Part shown: piece after piece, positions 1 through 9,833 of the stretch
Numbering within the stretch: position 1 is the stretch's first letter
Layout: every line of letters starts with the position of its first letter
From: an uncultured delta proteobacterium
GTDB taxonomy: Bacteria > Desulfobacterota > Binatia > Binatales > Binataceae
NCBI GenBank assembly: GCA_963842085.1
Contig: CAWJET010000001.1
Span: forward strand, 1,216,001 to 1,280,000
Direction of reading: 5' to 3'
DNA length: 64,000 nucleotides
Translations under genes and position numbers: made by a program
Notes under the pieces: generated by a model
What the model saw: only the letters and a program-made list of their open reading frames with translations
Database searches by the model: none
Told to the model about the DNA's origin: nothing

Positions 1-3
1 GTC

Positions 4-1380
4 GTGGTGTTTCTTCGTCCGGCACTGGCAGCAGCCCGGGACGAGGCGAACGAGCGAAGGAATCCTTCGCCGTCGCGCCCGTTGGTACAATCGGTGAAGC
101 TAGAAGCAAACCGTCGTATCTCAACTCCGAACGTATCAGTCGAAAACCTGAATCTTCTTGATCAGCTTCCGGGTCTGCCGATCGCCGGGAAAACCACATT
201 CCGCGAATACATGCAGCGGGTGGAAACATCGAACCTCGATTTGGCCGCTCAGCGCTTCAACGTTCCGATCTCGAAGGGACAACTTCTAGCCGCGCGAATA
301 TATCCTGACCCCGACTTTCAGGCAGGTTATGGAGGCGACGTGTCCGGGCAGAGGCAGGCGACCACATACGAGGGGAACCTTAGTCAGACTATCCTGCTTG
401 GTGGAAAGATTGGCGCTCGCACCGAGGCGGCGAATGCCACCCTGCAAGCCAGCCAGGCTCAACTCAGCGACTTCCTGCGTAATCTCCGCGCGCTGGCCGC
501 CAACTCGTATATTGACGCCGTTACCGGTCTTCTGACGCTTCAACAGCAGATCAAAGCGCTGCAAAAGGCTCAACAGTTGGTCGATCTCAACACACGCCGA
601 GTGGAAGCAAACCAAACATCCGAAGACGACTTGATTAGAGCTCGGATCAATGAGCTCGAAGAGCGCGGCAAGGTGATTCGTTACGAATCCTCCCTACACC
701 AAACCTTGATCGCGATGGCCGCCCTGGCAGGCGACCAGAGTGATGCCGGTCTCGTGGTCCCTACGGGACGACTGCAAATCCCGCCCCGCCAATTCTCACT
801 GGAATCATTGTTGGCCGAAGCTGTCTCCTCGCGCAGCGATGTGATTGCAGCGGCACGTCAGCTGGATGACGCCCGCGCGGAATACCAGATCGCCAAAGCC
901 AACCGCGTGCCCGATCTCACTGTGGGCGGCGCGTATGCTCATGAGACCCGAGTCACGAACCCCATTGATCCGGCCCCTGCCTGGGATTCCCTAGGAATTT
1001 CTCTTTCGATCCCGATACCGCTTTCCGACCTGAATCAGGGCCCAACAGAGGCCGCATATTATTTGCAATCTCAGGCCGAAGAAGAATTGCGGGCCGCCAA
1101 ACTCCGAGCAGCATCGGAAGTGCGCTCGGCGTACGAGCGTTACAGCCTGTCCCAAGCTCTAGTGGGGCAATTCACCGACGAGACACTTCGCGACAGCGAC
1201 CAAGCTTACGAGTCACGGTTTCTAAGGCTGCAACGGAACGCAGCTACGTTGGTGGATGTACTTGATACGCACCGCGCCATGAATCAGTTGTATTTCGACT
1301 ACTTCGGCGCTCTCAACGAACAAGCAAAGGCACTGGTCTCCCTCGAACGATCGGTCGGTATCTGGGACGTCGACTTCTAG
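4..1380 (+). CDS. TolC-family outer membrane efflux protein (CzcC-like); start may lie upstream of the window
   Basis: 458 aa; two OEP-like repeats (YPDPDFQAG / ANRVPDLTVGG, LSIPIPL), helical periplasmic segments. Confidence 0.85.
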   Translation: MVFLRPALAAARDEANERRNPSPSRPLVQSVKLEANRRISTPNVSVENLNLLDQLPGLPIAGKTTFREYMQRVETSNLDLAAQRFNVPISKGQLLAARIYPDPDFQAGYGGDVSGQRQATTYEGNLSQTILLGGKIGARTEAANATLQASQAQLSDFLRNLRALAANSYIDAVTGLLTLQQQIKALQKAQQLVDLNTRRVEANQTSEDDLIRARINELEERGKVIRYESSLHQTLIAMAALAGDQSDAGLVVPTGRLQIPPRQFSLESLLAEAVSSRSDVIAAARQLDDARAEYQIAKANRVPDLTVGGAYAHETRVTNPIDPAPAWDSLGISLSIPIPLSDLNQGPTEAAYYLQSQAEEELRAAKLRAASEVRSAYERYSLSQALVGQFTDETLRDSDQAYESRFLRLQRNAATLVDVLDTHRAMNQLYFDYFGALNEQAKALVSLERSVGIWDVDF

Positions 1381-1715
1381 CGCGAATCTCGTACTGAATG
1401 TCTGCGGTCTTAACATTCTAAATCTGGGGGAAAAAGCGATGAAGTACGGTGGCTGGTTCAAGATTGCTTTCGAACGTGAACTCGAACGCCAGCTGACGAC
1501 GGTTACAGTCGGCGATCGCCGGCTGCTGTGCGTCAAACGCGTACAAGGTGACGATGCCGATGCCGGCCAATCCTCTGCAAGCGACTAACTGATCAAACCT
1601 CTGACCGCCGCACCACCCTGGCACGCTGAAGCGACTCGTCTCCGAAGCGGGCGAAATCGGCACGGGCGACACTCAGGCGGCCGCTGTTGATCTAGATACG
1701 GGCTCGTCGAGCGCT

Positions 1716-1739
1716 GCCGACTCGACGAATCGAGTCGGC
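1716..1739 (+). terminator. Perfect 10-bp hairpin, possible terminator
   Basis: GCCGACTCGA-CGAA-TCGAGTCGGC followed by only a short T run. Confidence 0.35.
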
Positions 1740-1932
1740 GTTTAGACTTCCGACTGTTCGCTGCACGCAGAAACCCCTCAAGCGCCTTGGTACCGAAGCG
1801 CTCCCCGAGCCGGGATATCCAACCAATCGGCTCGTGTTTCTGGCATTCAGTTTACGGGCAACAGGAAGAAGCTGTTGAAGTTCCTTCGCGGTGACAGGAT
1901 ACTGTTACGATCGTGAGCCAAGGAGAGTCATA

Positions 1933-2250
1933 GTGGACCTGGACAAAATCATCGCGGAGTTGAAGCTCGAAAGAGACAAGATACATCGGGCCATCACTGC
2001 CTTGCTCGAAGGCGCAGGCGTGAGTGGCAAAGGCCCTACTCGCAAAGCCGGGCACAAGAGGCGAGGTGGCATTACTCCGGAAGGGCGACGTCGCTTGTCG
2101 CTGGCGATGAAACGACGCTGGCGGGCGAAGAGGTTGTCCAGTAAGACTGCGGCACCAAAGAGACCTGGACGACTCACGCCCGCAGGCAGGAAGAGGCTGT
2201 CCGAAGCGATGAAAAAGCGCTGGGCGGAAAGGAAGGCAAAGGCTTCCTAG
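1933..2250 (+). CDS. Small basic protein: N-terminal coiled coil plus two repeated basic helices (putative DNA-binding protein)
   Basis: GTG at 1933 after AGGAG; DLDKIIAELKLERDKIHRAITALL then ITPEGRRRLSLAMKRRW and LTPAGRKRLSEAMKKRW. Confidence 0.7.
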   Translation: MDLDKIIAELKLERDKIHRAITALLEGAGVSGKGPTRKAGHKRRGGITPEGRRRLSLAMKRRWRAKRLSSKTAAPKRPGRLTPAGRKRLSEAMKKRWAERKAKAS

Positions 2251-2307
2251 CAGGCTCGACGCCGGCCCCGGCCTGAACGAGGCGGCCGTAGGCCACCGTC
2301 TGGTTCG

Positions 2308-2640
2308 TTATCCTGCGATCGATCGGCGGAAGGGGGTTTGCCATATGCTGAACAGCTCGAGACGCAAGAGGGGCCGAGCCGTTTCGAGCCCGGCCCTTCT
2401 TGCGTCGTGTCCGAAGTACCTCTCAGGCTTTGCCTTCCGCTCCGGTGCCGCTGATCCGTGGCGCTTACTAAAACACTTGCGGCATCGGCGATCGCGCCGC
2501 TTGGTGAAACTAGGAGCCAGGTCATCGCTCCCGCAGTCGCGGCAGACCAGTTTCTCTGATTTCGACCTGCTTCCCTTCTCCTTCCGGAGCGGCTGTGCAG
2601 ACGTCCTCTCCGCCAGGCATTCGATCGCGAATGCCAGCAT
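2308..2640 (-). pseudogene. Degenerate copy of the small CxxC...CxxC zinc-ribbon protein at 46952-47191
   Basis: KLVCRDCGSDDLAPSFTKRRDRRCRKCFSKRHGSAA is nearly identical to the 47 kb copy; no clear start/RBS and the stop is lost. Confidence 0.6.
2361..2406. repeat. 19-bp inverted repeat (hairpin) downstream of the zinc-ribbon ORF
   Basis: GACGCAAGAGGGGCCGAGC ... GCCCGGCCCTTCTTGCGTC, 17/19 Watson-Crick. Confidence 0.7.
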
Positions 2641-2798
2641 AGCTCCAGCAGCCTCCGCAGGCACGGATGGAAGCCACGTTTGTCGCGCACGACGACAGTG
2701 ACCCTCCGGGCTCAAGACCGGGGAAATCCCGAAAGGAACGATTTTGGAGGAGGTCTAGATGAGCGGGGACGGCGGGCGGGCTGCGAGCGGCAGGCAGC

Positions 2799-3270
2799 TC
2801 AGATCATGGTCGGCGACTGCAACGACGATGGCATCGAAGCCGGTTGCGACCTCGCTGACAGGAGCAATTGCGACGCCAGCGAAGGGACGGTCGAAGTGCC
2901 AATGCTCGAGCCGATGGGGATCGCTTGCGACGATTGGGTTTTCATCAGCAGAAATAGCAGGAAGCCGAGGTTGAACGAGAACCTCCGAGTGGCTGTCTGC
3001 AGTTCGCTCATCCATTTCGGAGGTCGGGTGTCCCTGCGCTTGCGGAAAACTAGAACGATCAGGATCAACAACAGGATGATGACCCCGTAGTCAATCACAT
3101 CGCTTCGAGAAACCATCACAGAGGCGGCGAGCTTGCTGCTGAGCAGGTACGCGGCCATCACCCCGATTGTGGTGGCTAGGGTCGCGCCGGCGAGGAACGC
3201 GGCGGAGTCCCGCAGCGTCCGCGCGCTTGTCGCGAGCAGGAGCGCGCTAATGATCTGGGGTCCGGCGACA
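2799..3270 (-). pseudogene. GAP/Sap-family (DUF2910-like) membrane protein fragment
   Basis: AGPQIISALLLATS, PPKWMSELQTAT..FSFNLGFLL; frame degrades after LLMK. Confidence 0.5.
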
Positions 3271-3413
3271 TTACCACCGCCATCGGCAGAACCTTGAAAA
3301 GATCTAGCACGATAATCCCGGTTCAAGCCGTGCAGCGCCCTCTTTTTCTATTGCCCCCACCTCCATCTCCCTGAACAATTCCTCGGCGCGCCGAAGAGCC
3401 TTCTTGGTCAAGC

Positions 3414-3830
3414 TCAGAAGGGGGTAACGACGCCCGTGTTCTTTGGCTGTAGAAAGACAGGATTTCCCTTGTCGTCCCACATCTCCATATCTGGCGTGCC
3501 TCCCGCAGCCATTTTCATTTCCGCGCGAAGCTTCCCCTGATGTGTGAGGCCGATCGAGGTCAAGCCGTCCGCGCCCGCGGCGATCACCGCACGCGGTTCG
3601 CCGCTGTTCGATAGGAGAGTTAGCGCAACCGCGCCTGACTCGCCGCTGACGGCAAGGGTCCCGCGGACCTTACCCGCGCCATCTACAACTTCAAACTGCT
3701 GGGCGGTTAGAGTCTTTTCCTTGCTGGCCAACGCAAGACTGCTCGAAAGAAAGCCGTTCGCAATCGTTCCACCCAGTAAGCCGCCGATTGCGGCGATCGC
3801 TAACACTGAAAGGCTTTGCTTTTGAAACAC
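3414..3830 (-). CDS. Hypothetical exported protein
   Basis: GGAGG RBS before GTG; N-terminal hydrophobic helix; repeated beta-hairpin motifs (VVDGAGKVRGTL, LLSNSGEPRAVI). Confidence 0.7.
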   Translation of the reverse strand: MFQKQSLSVLAIAAIGGLLGGTIANGFLSSSLALASKEKTLTAQQFEVVDGAGKVRGTLAVSGESGAVALTLLSNSGEPRAVIAAGADGLTSIGLTHQGKLRAEMKMAAGGTPDMEMWDDKGNPVFLQPKNTGVVTPF

Positions 3831-4917
3831 GATGTCCTCCCATTTTGATTCGCGATCAGCGAATCATTGCTTCTGACCTCTAGGATTTCCGTATAGCGCT
3901 CCGATTTCAACTCTCCTTGTAGACGGAACGGCCTCTCTCGGCAAGGGTTTGGCCCGCTTTTGGTCCACGGTGTTTCGGCGGGCGCTGGAAGGGGCGGCTT
4001 CGTGTCGGGCGTGCTCGCAACGGCGCAAGCGGACTCTGCGGCGCCTGGGTCTTGCGCCCTTCACCCTGCCCTGTAAAAGCGGTCGCCGCCTTCCCTATCG
4101 ATTCCGAAGCGCCATCTCCCGGTTGAAGCTTTCCAATTGAAGGCTAAAGTTGGGTATCGTACTGAACTGACAGCGAACCCATTCTCTCGAGGATGCATGC
4201 GGAGCTCGACCAGAAAGACCGCCAACATTTGCGCCCGTTTTCCTGTGCCATGGCCCCGAGGTTTTGCAATTCTAGAACTCGCATTTCTTGATCATCTTTC
4301 ACAGAGGGAAAAGATGAATCCAACGAATGCCGGCACCTGGATCGGCGACTGGGCCTGGAGCCTGGTGACCTTGGTGATCCATGTATGCGGACTCGCTCTA
4401 ATCGGTGAGAGAGTCGTCAGTGTTCTGAGCGTGTCCTCGCGAGCTTCGATTACGGAGCGCACTGCGAGCAGGAAGCTAATCAGCAACGCGAACATCGCGC
4501 TTTGCAGTAACATACTTGCCTTCTTTCGTCACGCAGACGAGGTTTTGATTAGGGATAGGATCGGCGCCCGACTCGACTCGCGCCCTTAATCGCATCGTAC
4601 TCGCCGCCACCCCAAATCTCACACGATATGGAATTTTGCGCAGGCACAGGGGTACTTGGAGTGCGTGACTGGTATCGGCATTTGAGTTCGTTCGATTTGT
4701 TGCTCAGAAGCGGGAACTATCCGGGCGGTGAGAACTATAATAGGCACACCGCAAGGCCAAGCACCAGAACCGGTTTCTTCATCTTCGGCAGTCGCTCCTG
4801 TCAATCACACCAAGAGGCACAAAGTCGTTGAGGAGGACTTCTTGTAGCGCTTCCGGCTCACGTGTCGGCAATACCTATCCCACTTATCGGGTCAAAACGC
4901 CCAGTCGCAAGCCCAGA

Positions 4918-5871
4918 CTATTCGTCGACTTCTTGCCAGGTCTTGTCTGGATTATATTCAGCTATTTCGGTTGCCAACTTGGCGGTGTCAGGGCCAAGGT
5001 CTTTTTGGACGATGACACCATCCTGGTTGATCATGAATGTCGTCACGCCCGAAGCGCGATACTCGGCGGGATAGGCCAGAAATGCGAACCCCGCGGTCAT
5101 CTTGCCGTTCTTTAAATAGCTCTTTGCGCCGCCCGGAGCATTCTTGCCCTGCTTCGTTAGTTGTTTGTAGTAGTACCCGTGAAATGGGACAGGATTTCCC
5201 CCACTTTCCTTTTTATATCCCTCTGCGCTGGCGCTCGCGACGAGCGGTCCAATGGGACTCTGGGGCTGTCCCTCGGCAGCTTCCCAATACAAACCGTTAT
5301 GTTTACCGGGATCACTCAGGATCTTTGGAGCGAACTGACCGCTGTTTTCGCCATCATGCGCTTCGCCGGCATACTCCGATTGAGCGTCAGCTAGATCTTC
5401 GAGAACTTTGATCGTGAACAGCTCGTTTCGACCTATCCGTCTGTACAGCAGCTCATGTTTGCCAGCCGCCGTATCGAACACCCAACCGCCAATCTTCTGT
5501 ACGAGCGGAATCGGAACGGGCCAGTTATTGGCACCTACATAGAGAACAACACGACCCTGATCGTCGTATTCGAGCCGATGCATTTCCTGGTAGCGGTTTA
5601 CGAAGTCTTCGCGTGCATTCTTGTCGGCGACCGCATCTCCCGACGAAAGGACCTGATCCGCGTCCGGGCCGAGTATCGAGCTCAGTGTCTTCATGTCGTC
5701 CGATTTGCTGGCGGCGACCAGCGCGTCGGCTGCGGCGCCCGGTGATGGGAACTCTTGCTGCGTGGCGGTTTCTCCCGCGGATGCGAAAGGCGGGAACAGC
5801 AGCCACGCCAAAAGAAGGGCGGAAAGGACGAGTTGGTTCATAACTCGAGATTTGTTGAAAAGATTTGTCAT
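4918..5871 (-). CDS. DUF2950 family exported protein
   Basis: WPVPIPLV, FDTAAGKHELLYRRIGRNE, PFHGYYYK, AYPAEYRASGVTTFMINQDGVIVQKDLG. Confidence 0.85.
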   Translation of the reverse strand: MTNLFNKSRVMNQLVLSALLLAWLLFPPFASAGETATQQEFPSPGAAADALVAASKSDDMKTLSSILGPDADQVLSSGDAVADKNAREDFVNRYQEMHRLEYDDQGRVVLYVGANNWPVPIPLVQKIGGWVFDTAAGKHELLYRRIGRNELFTIKVLEDLADAQSEYAGEAHDGENSGQFAPKILSDPGKHNGLYWEAAEGQPQSPIGPLVASASAEGYKKESGGNPVPFHGYYYKQLTKQGKNAPGGAKSYLKNGKMTAGFAFLAYPAEYRASGVTTFMINQDGVIVQKDLGPDTAKLATEIAEYNPDKTWQEVDE

Positions 5872-5956
5872 CAGTCTAATTCCTGTCGGGTTGGTGGTTC
5901 GCGCAGATGGATATCGACGCATTCCTTAGCTATTCATTCAGCGCCATTGGAATTTG

Positions 5957-7573
5957 TCATCTGCCCTTTTTTCCGCCTCGATTGCCACCGCCCCTTCCAT
6001 TTCCACCGCCTCCGCCGCCTTTGGCATTGCCGCCAGCGCCAGCTTTGCCGCGTCCACCAGCGGGGTTCTGGCCTCCCTTTAAGCTGGTTTGTCCGCGGTC
6101 CCTGGAGGCAAGCGCGTTTCCGCCGGGCTCATATCCACCGAAGGCGCTGTTGCGGCCGCCCGTGCTGCCATTGTCTTTCGCAAAGCCTCGAGCCGGGTCC
6201 GCTGCACGATTGGCAGGCTTGGTAGCTGTCGGCCGATTTCCTGTGGCAGGATTGGCGGGCCGAGTTGAGGCGACGGGATTCGAAGGCTGATTGGGTCGAT
6301 TCTTCGCAACGTCTCTATTGGCCAGATTAGACCCAGCGGGACTGTTCGGAAGTGTACTGGCTTTGGGAAAATTCGGCTTGGCGATATTAGGATTGGCCGG
6401 TCTCGCGGTTGCCGGGTTGTACGGCCGCGTGGCAGGAATTCCGCCGTTGTTCGCACTATTGTACCCGCCGCTGTTGTTGGCAGGCCTTGTTGCCGGATAT
6501 GGCATAGGTCGTGGCGGATTTCCCGGACGTGGATATCCTCCACTGGGCGGCGGGTATCCCACGGTAGGTGGCCGGTAGGCAGGAGGCCGTCCCGGGTACA
6601 CGTTGTTGTGGGTGACGTAAATATTGTTGTTATATTTGACCGAGCTGCTGTGGCCGCCGCCTCCATACCAATTGCAGCCCCAGTTGTTGTTGCCGTTATT
6701 GATCAGCGACCCAAGCAAAATTCCGGCTCCAAACGACAAGACACCTGTGAGCAGCAGATCGCTGCCGGTGTATCCCGGTGGCGGCGGGACGGGGGCGCCG
6801 TAAGCACTGGTCGGATTGTACTGTGGAACGTAAACCGTGTTCGGCTGGGCGGGCTGGATAATCACTGTATGTGTCACTGCCGGCTGCGCACCACCTTGGG
6901 CAGCAGGAGGAGTCGGCTGCACTTCAACTTTCTGCTGGTCGGTCGATTTCAGCGTTCCCGCGTTCACCGCCATGTTGCGAAGGACCTGGATAGCATTCAT
7001 TACGTCGGCGGGCTGATTGTAGTATGCCTCGCCCAGCGCCGAGGTCCACGCCAGGCTGTCCTTCATCGTTTGGAGCACGCTGGGGAACTGTGTTAGCGAC
7101 TTGATACTTGGATCCCAGGCTTGCTGATTCACCTGGGAGGCTAACTGATCGACGCTCAAGTTAGGGTTCTGCTTGAGCCATCTATCTGCTTCCACCACCT
7201 GAGGCGGATAGGTGGAACCGGCCAGGATCTGCGCGACCAGCACGTCAGGATAGAGTGCGATCGGTGAGACCAGTTCTTGCAACTCTTGCGCGCTAGCAGC
7301 ACCCGGCGGAGGAGCGGGTTCAGCGGCCGCAGCGGGAAGAGGAGCAACCGGTGCAGGAGTAGCTTCTACGCTCGCCGACGCCTGTGACGACGGAGCTGCG
7401 GCTGGCTGGTCATCGCCGCGCGAGCAACCTGTCACCATCGGTGACGTCGATACCAGGACTGCCACCGCAAGTATCAATGGTAGGGATCGCCCTTCGGGCC
7501 TGCATAGCAGTTTCATTCTCGAAAGACATCGGCGTCGATTGACGGACGATTTCACGCCAGCGACATTGCTCAT
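5957..7573 (-). CDS. DUF3300 domain lipoprotein with Pro/Gly/Asn-rich tail
   Basis: LVSPIALYPDVLVAQILAGSTYP, WDPSIKSLTQFPSVL, VYVPQYNP; VTGC lipobox-like motif. Confidence 0.85.
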   Translation of the reverse strand: MSNVAGVKSSVNRRRCLSRMKLLCRPEGRSLPLILAVAVLVSTSPMVTGCSRGDDQPAAAPSSQASASVEATPAPVAPLPAAAAEPAPPPGAASAQELQELVSPIALYPDVLVAQILAGSTYPPQVVEADRWLKQNPNLSVDQLASQVNQQAWDPSIKSLTQFPSVLQTMKDSLAWTSALGEAYYNQPADVMNAIQVLRNMAVNAGTLKSTDQQKVEVQPTPPAAQGGAQPAVTHTVIIQPAQPNTVYVPQYNPTSAYGAPVPPPPGYTGSDLLLTGVLSFGAGILLGSLINNGNNNWGCNWYGGGGHSSSVKYNNNIYVTHNNVYPGRPPAYRPPTVGYPPPSGGYPRPGNPPRPMPYPATRPANNSGGYNSANNGGIPATRPYNPATARPANPNIAKPNFPKASTLPNSPAGSNLANRDVAKNRPNQPSNPVASTRPANPATGNRPTATKPANRAADPARGFAKDNGSTGGRNSAFGGYEPGGNALASRDRGQTSLKGGQNPAGGRGKAGAGGNAKGGGGGGNGRGGGNRGGKKGR

Positions 7574-8214
7574 CAGATCGCTTCTCCTTTCGCCTTGGAT
7601 AGATCGGATTCCGAAGTAACGCCACCCTGCTGCTCGGCCTCGGCGCGGATCGCGGCGGCGATGTCGGCGCTCATCTTCGCGAGCGTCAAGCTGTGCGCTG
7701 CCGCCAGCGCGTCGAAGCCCTGACCCTGCACCGGCTCGCGCGCGAAGGTGCGTCCCGAGTGGATTGCTCCACCGGCGGTCCTGCGCACCGCCCAGACGGC
7801 CTCGAGCGTCGCTGCCTGGCCCGGAACCGATTCGAAGCGCTGCACGTCGATAGTTACCCTGTAGTCCGGCGTGAAGTTAGCCAGCCCTTCCGAGGTCACC
7901 TCCGGCGTGCCGAGCAACACTACCAAGTCGCCGGCGACGGCTCGCGCAATGCTGTCGTTCAGCGGGGAGACCCACCGATTGAATTCATCAACCTCGACGC
8001 GGTTCGCCGCGACCTGCACCACGAACTCCGGCTGGTCTACCGAAGCGGGTATCGTAACCGGTCCGACCGCGACTGTCGCGGGCGTGGCTGGCGTGCCATC
8101 TGCCGTCGCCGTCGAGGTCAGTGAATAGAATCGCGATGGTGCAGTGCTACATCCTGCGGCTAACCCTGCCGCCAAAGCGATCAAGATCAGTTGCGCGATG
8201 CGCCGTGCCATCAT
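7573..8214 (-). CDS. pqiC: PqiC-like membrane integrity-associated lipoprotein
   Basis: LAAGC lipobox, RFYSL, VGPVTIP, EFNRWVSPL; overlaps the pqiB stop. Confidence 0.85.
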   Translation of the reverse strand: MMARRIAQLILIALAAGLAAGCSTAPSRFYSLTSTATADGTPATPATVAVGPVTIPASVDQPEFVVQVAANRVEVDEFNRWVSPLNDSIARAVAGDLVVLLGTPEVTSEGLANFTPDYRVTIDVQRFESVPGQAATLEAVWAVRRTAGGAIHSGRTFAREPVQGQGFDALAAAHSLTLAKMSADIAAAIRAEAEQQGGVTSESDLSKAKGEAI

Positions 8215-9800
8215 TTCGCCTTCCCCTTCTTGCCGAGCAGTAGCGCCTCGGGATGGCGCTCGAGATAATCCGCCAGCACACGCAAAGACCGGGCCGCGCG
8301 GCTCACCTCTTGCAGCGTGCTGTCGAGTTGCTCGACTTGCGAGGAATTCGGCTCGGTGAGGACGGTCGTGTTGTCCAACGTCGCGCGTGCGGTCGACAGC
8401 GTGCCTTGTGCGGTCACCAGCGTTGCATCCAGTTGCGTAATCGCTTTGTGCAGGTCTTCGCCGATCTGCTGGAACTGCACCTTGTCGAGCTTCTTGACGA
8501 TGTTCTCCAGCGTCGCCTCGGTCGCTTCGAGCTGCCCCGGAGCCGTCGGCAGTTGAACCGGCTGCTGCGACCAGTCGACCGTCGCCGGTGGCGCTCCCGG
8601 GAAAAAGTCGAGCGATACATATACGGTTCCCGTCAACAGGTTCGCAGTCCGCAGTTCAGCTCGGAGCCCGTGGGCTATCAGGCTGTCGATCATCTTCCGG
8701 CGCACGGCTTCGAGATCTATGTGGGCCGATTCGTCCACGAGCTTCACCCCGAGCCTCGTCGGGTCCAGGTGGATTGTCACCGGCACCGTGAACTCGAATG
8801 TCTTCAAATCGATCTGTGCGCGAATATCCGCGACCTCGCCTATAGGAATACCGCGAAAGTCTACCGGCGCTCCCACCGCCAATCCCCGTACTGACTCCTT
8901 GAAGACAAGCTGATAGGTCTGCGGGTTTCGCGGGGGTGGGTTGAAAGCCTGCGTCCGGTTGGCGAACAAGGTAAAGACGGTGTTCTCCTCAGCCGGCTGC
9001 AGGATCGGAGCGGTCGGCGCCGTTTCGAATGCGATTCCACCGATAAGGATCGACAGAAACGACTGAGTCTGTACGCTAAGGCCGCTCGCCGAAAGCGACA
9101 GGTCGATCCCGCTCGCCTGCCAGAAGCGCGTGTTGGGGTTGACGTACTGATCGTAAGGAGCTCGCACGAACACCGTGACGCTCAGGTCTTTCCCTTCCTT
9201 GTCGAGCGCGTACGACGCAACTTGACCGACCTGCAGGCGCCGAAAGTAAATCGGCGTGCCTAGGTCGAGCGAGCCTAAGTCGGGGGTCTTGAGGACAAAA
9301 AAGCGGCCCGGGGTTTCGCCGGTCACCACCGGTGGCGTTTCGAGCGCCACAAAATCGCGCCGGTCCTCTTTCGAAGACCCTATTTCCATTCCTATGTAGG
9401 CCCCCGAGATAAGAGTGCCCAGCCCCGTAACATTGGCGCCCGATATCCGAGGCCGCACGACCCAGAACTTCGTGTCATCGACAAGAAATGCTTCGGTCTT
9501 GGGAGCCATCTGCGCGGTCAGAATCGCATGCTCATGGTCCTTCGAAAGCTCTATGGTTGTGACAGTGCCGATATCGACGCCGTTGTAATGGATCTTGGTC
9601 TTGCCAGCCTCCAATCCTTCCGCCGACCTCATGACCATTCTGATCTTAGGCCCCTCGCTCAGCACGCGCGTCACTGCCACCCAGGCGCCCACAACCGCCG
9701 CTACAATCGGAATGAACCAGACAAGCGAGAGCCGGGTACGGCTTCTAGGCACGGGTCGCGACTCGGGGACTGAAGAGCGTGGTGGATCGCGATCGGCCAT
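8211..9800 (-). CDS. pqiB: PqiB-like intermembrane transport protein (three MCE/MlaD domains)
   Basis: AEGLEAGKTKIHYNGVDIGTV, FWVVRPRIS, LGTLISGAYI, SVRGLAVGAPVDFRGIPIGEV, ADYLERHPEALL. Confidence 0.92.
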   Translation of the reverse strand: MADRDPPRSSVPESRPVPRSRTRLSLVWFIPIVAAVVGAWVAVTRVLSEGPKIRMVMRSAEGLEAGKTKIHYNGVDIGTVTTIELSKDHEHAILTAQMAPKTEAFLVDDTKFWVVRPRISGANVTGLGTLISGAYIGMEIGSSKEDRRDFVALETPPVVTGETPGRFFVLKTPDLGSLDLGTPIYFRRLQVGQVASYALDKEGKDLSVTVFVRAPYDQYVNPNTRFWQASGIDLSLSASGLSVQTQSFLSILIGGIAFETAPTAPILQPAEENTVFTLFANRTQAFNPPPRNPQTYQLVFKESVRGLAVGAPVDFRGIPIGEVADIRAQIDLKTFEFTVPVTIHLDPTRLGVKLVDESAHIDLEAVRRKMIDSLIAHGLRAELRTANLLTGTVYVSLDFFPGAPPATVDWSQQPVQLPTAPGQLEATEATLENIVKKLDKVQFQQIGEDLHKAITQLDATLVTAQGTLSTARATLDNTTVLTEPNSSQVEQLDSTLQEVSRAARSLRVLADYLERHPEALLLGKKGKAK

Positions 9801-9833
9801 AGTGCGAAATCTCGGCGGATTCTATTCTGGGAC

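Noticed and set aside
1439-1588. Short ORF resembling a Rieske oxygenase N-terminus (WFKIAFEREL...VGDRRLL)
   Set aside because: Terminates before any CxH motif; too weak to call.
4292-4831. Hydrophobic ORF pieces on both strands
   Set aside because: Appear to be fragments of decayed membrane-protein genes; no intact CDS supportable.
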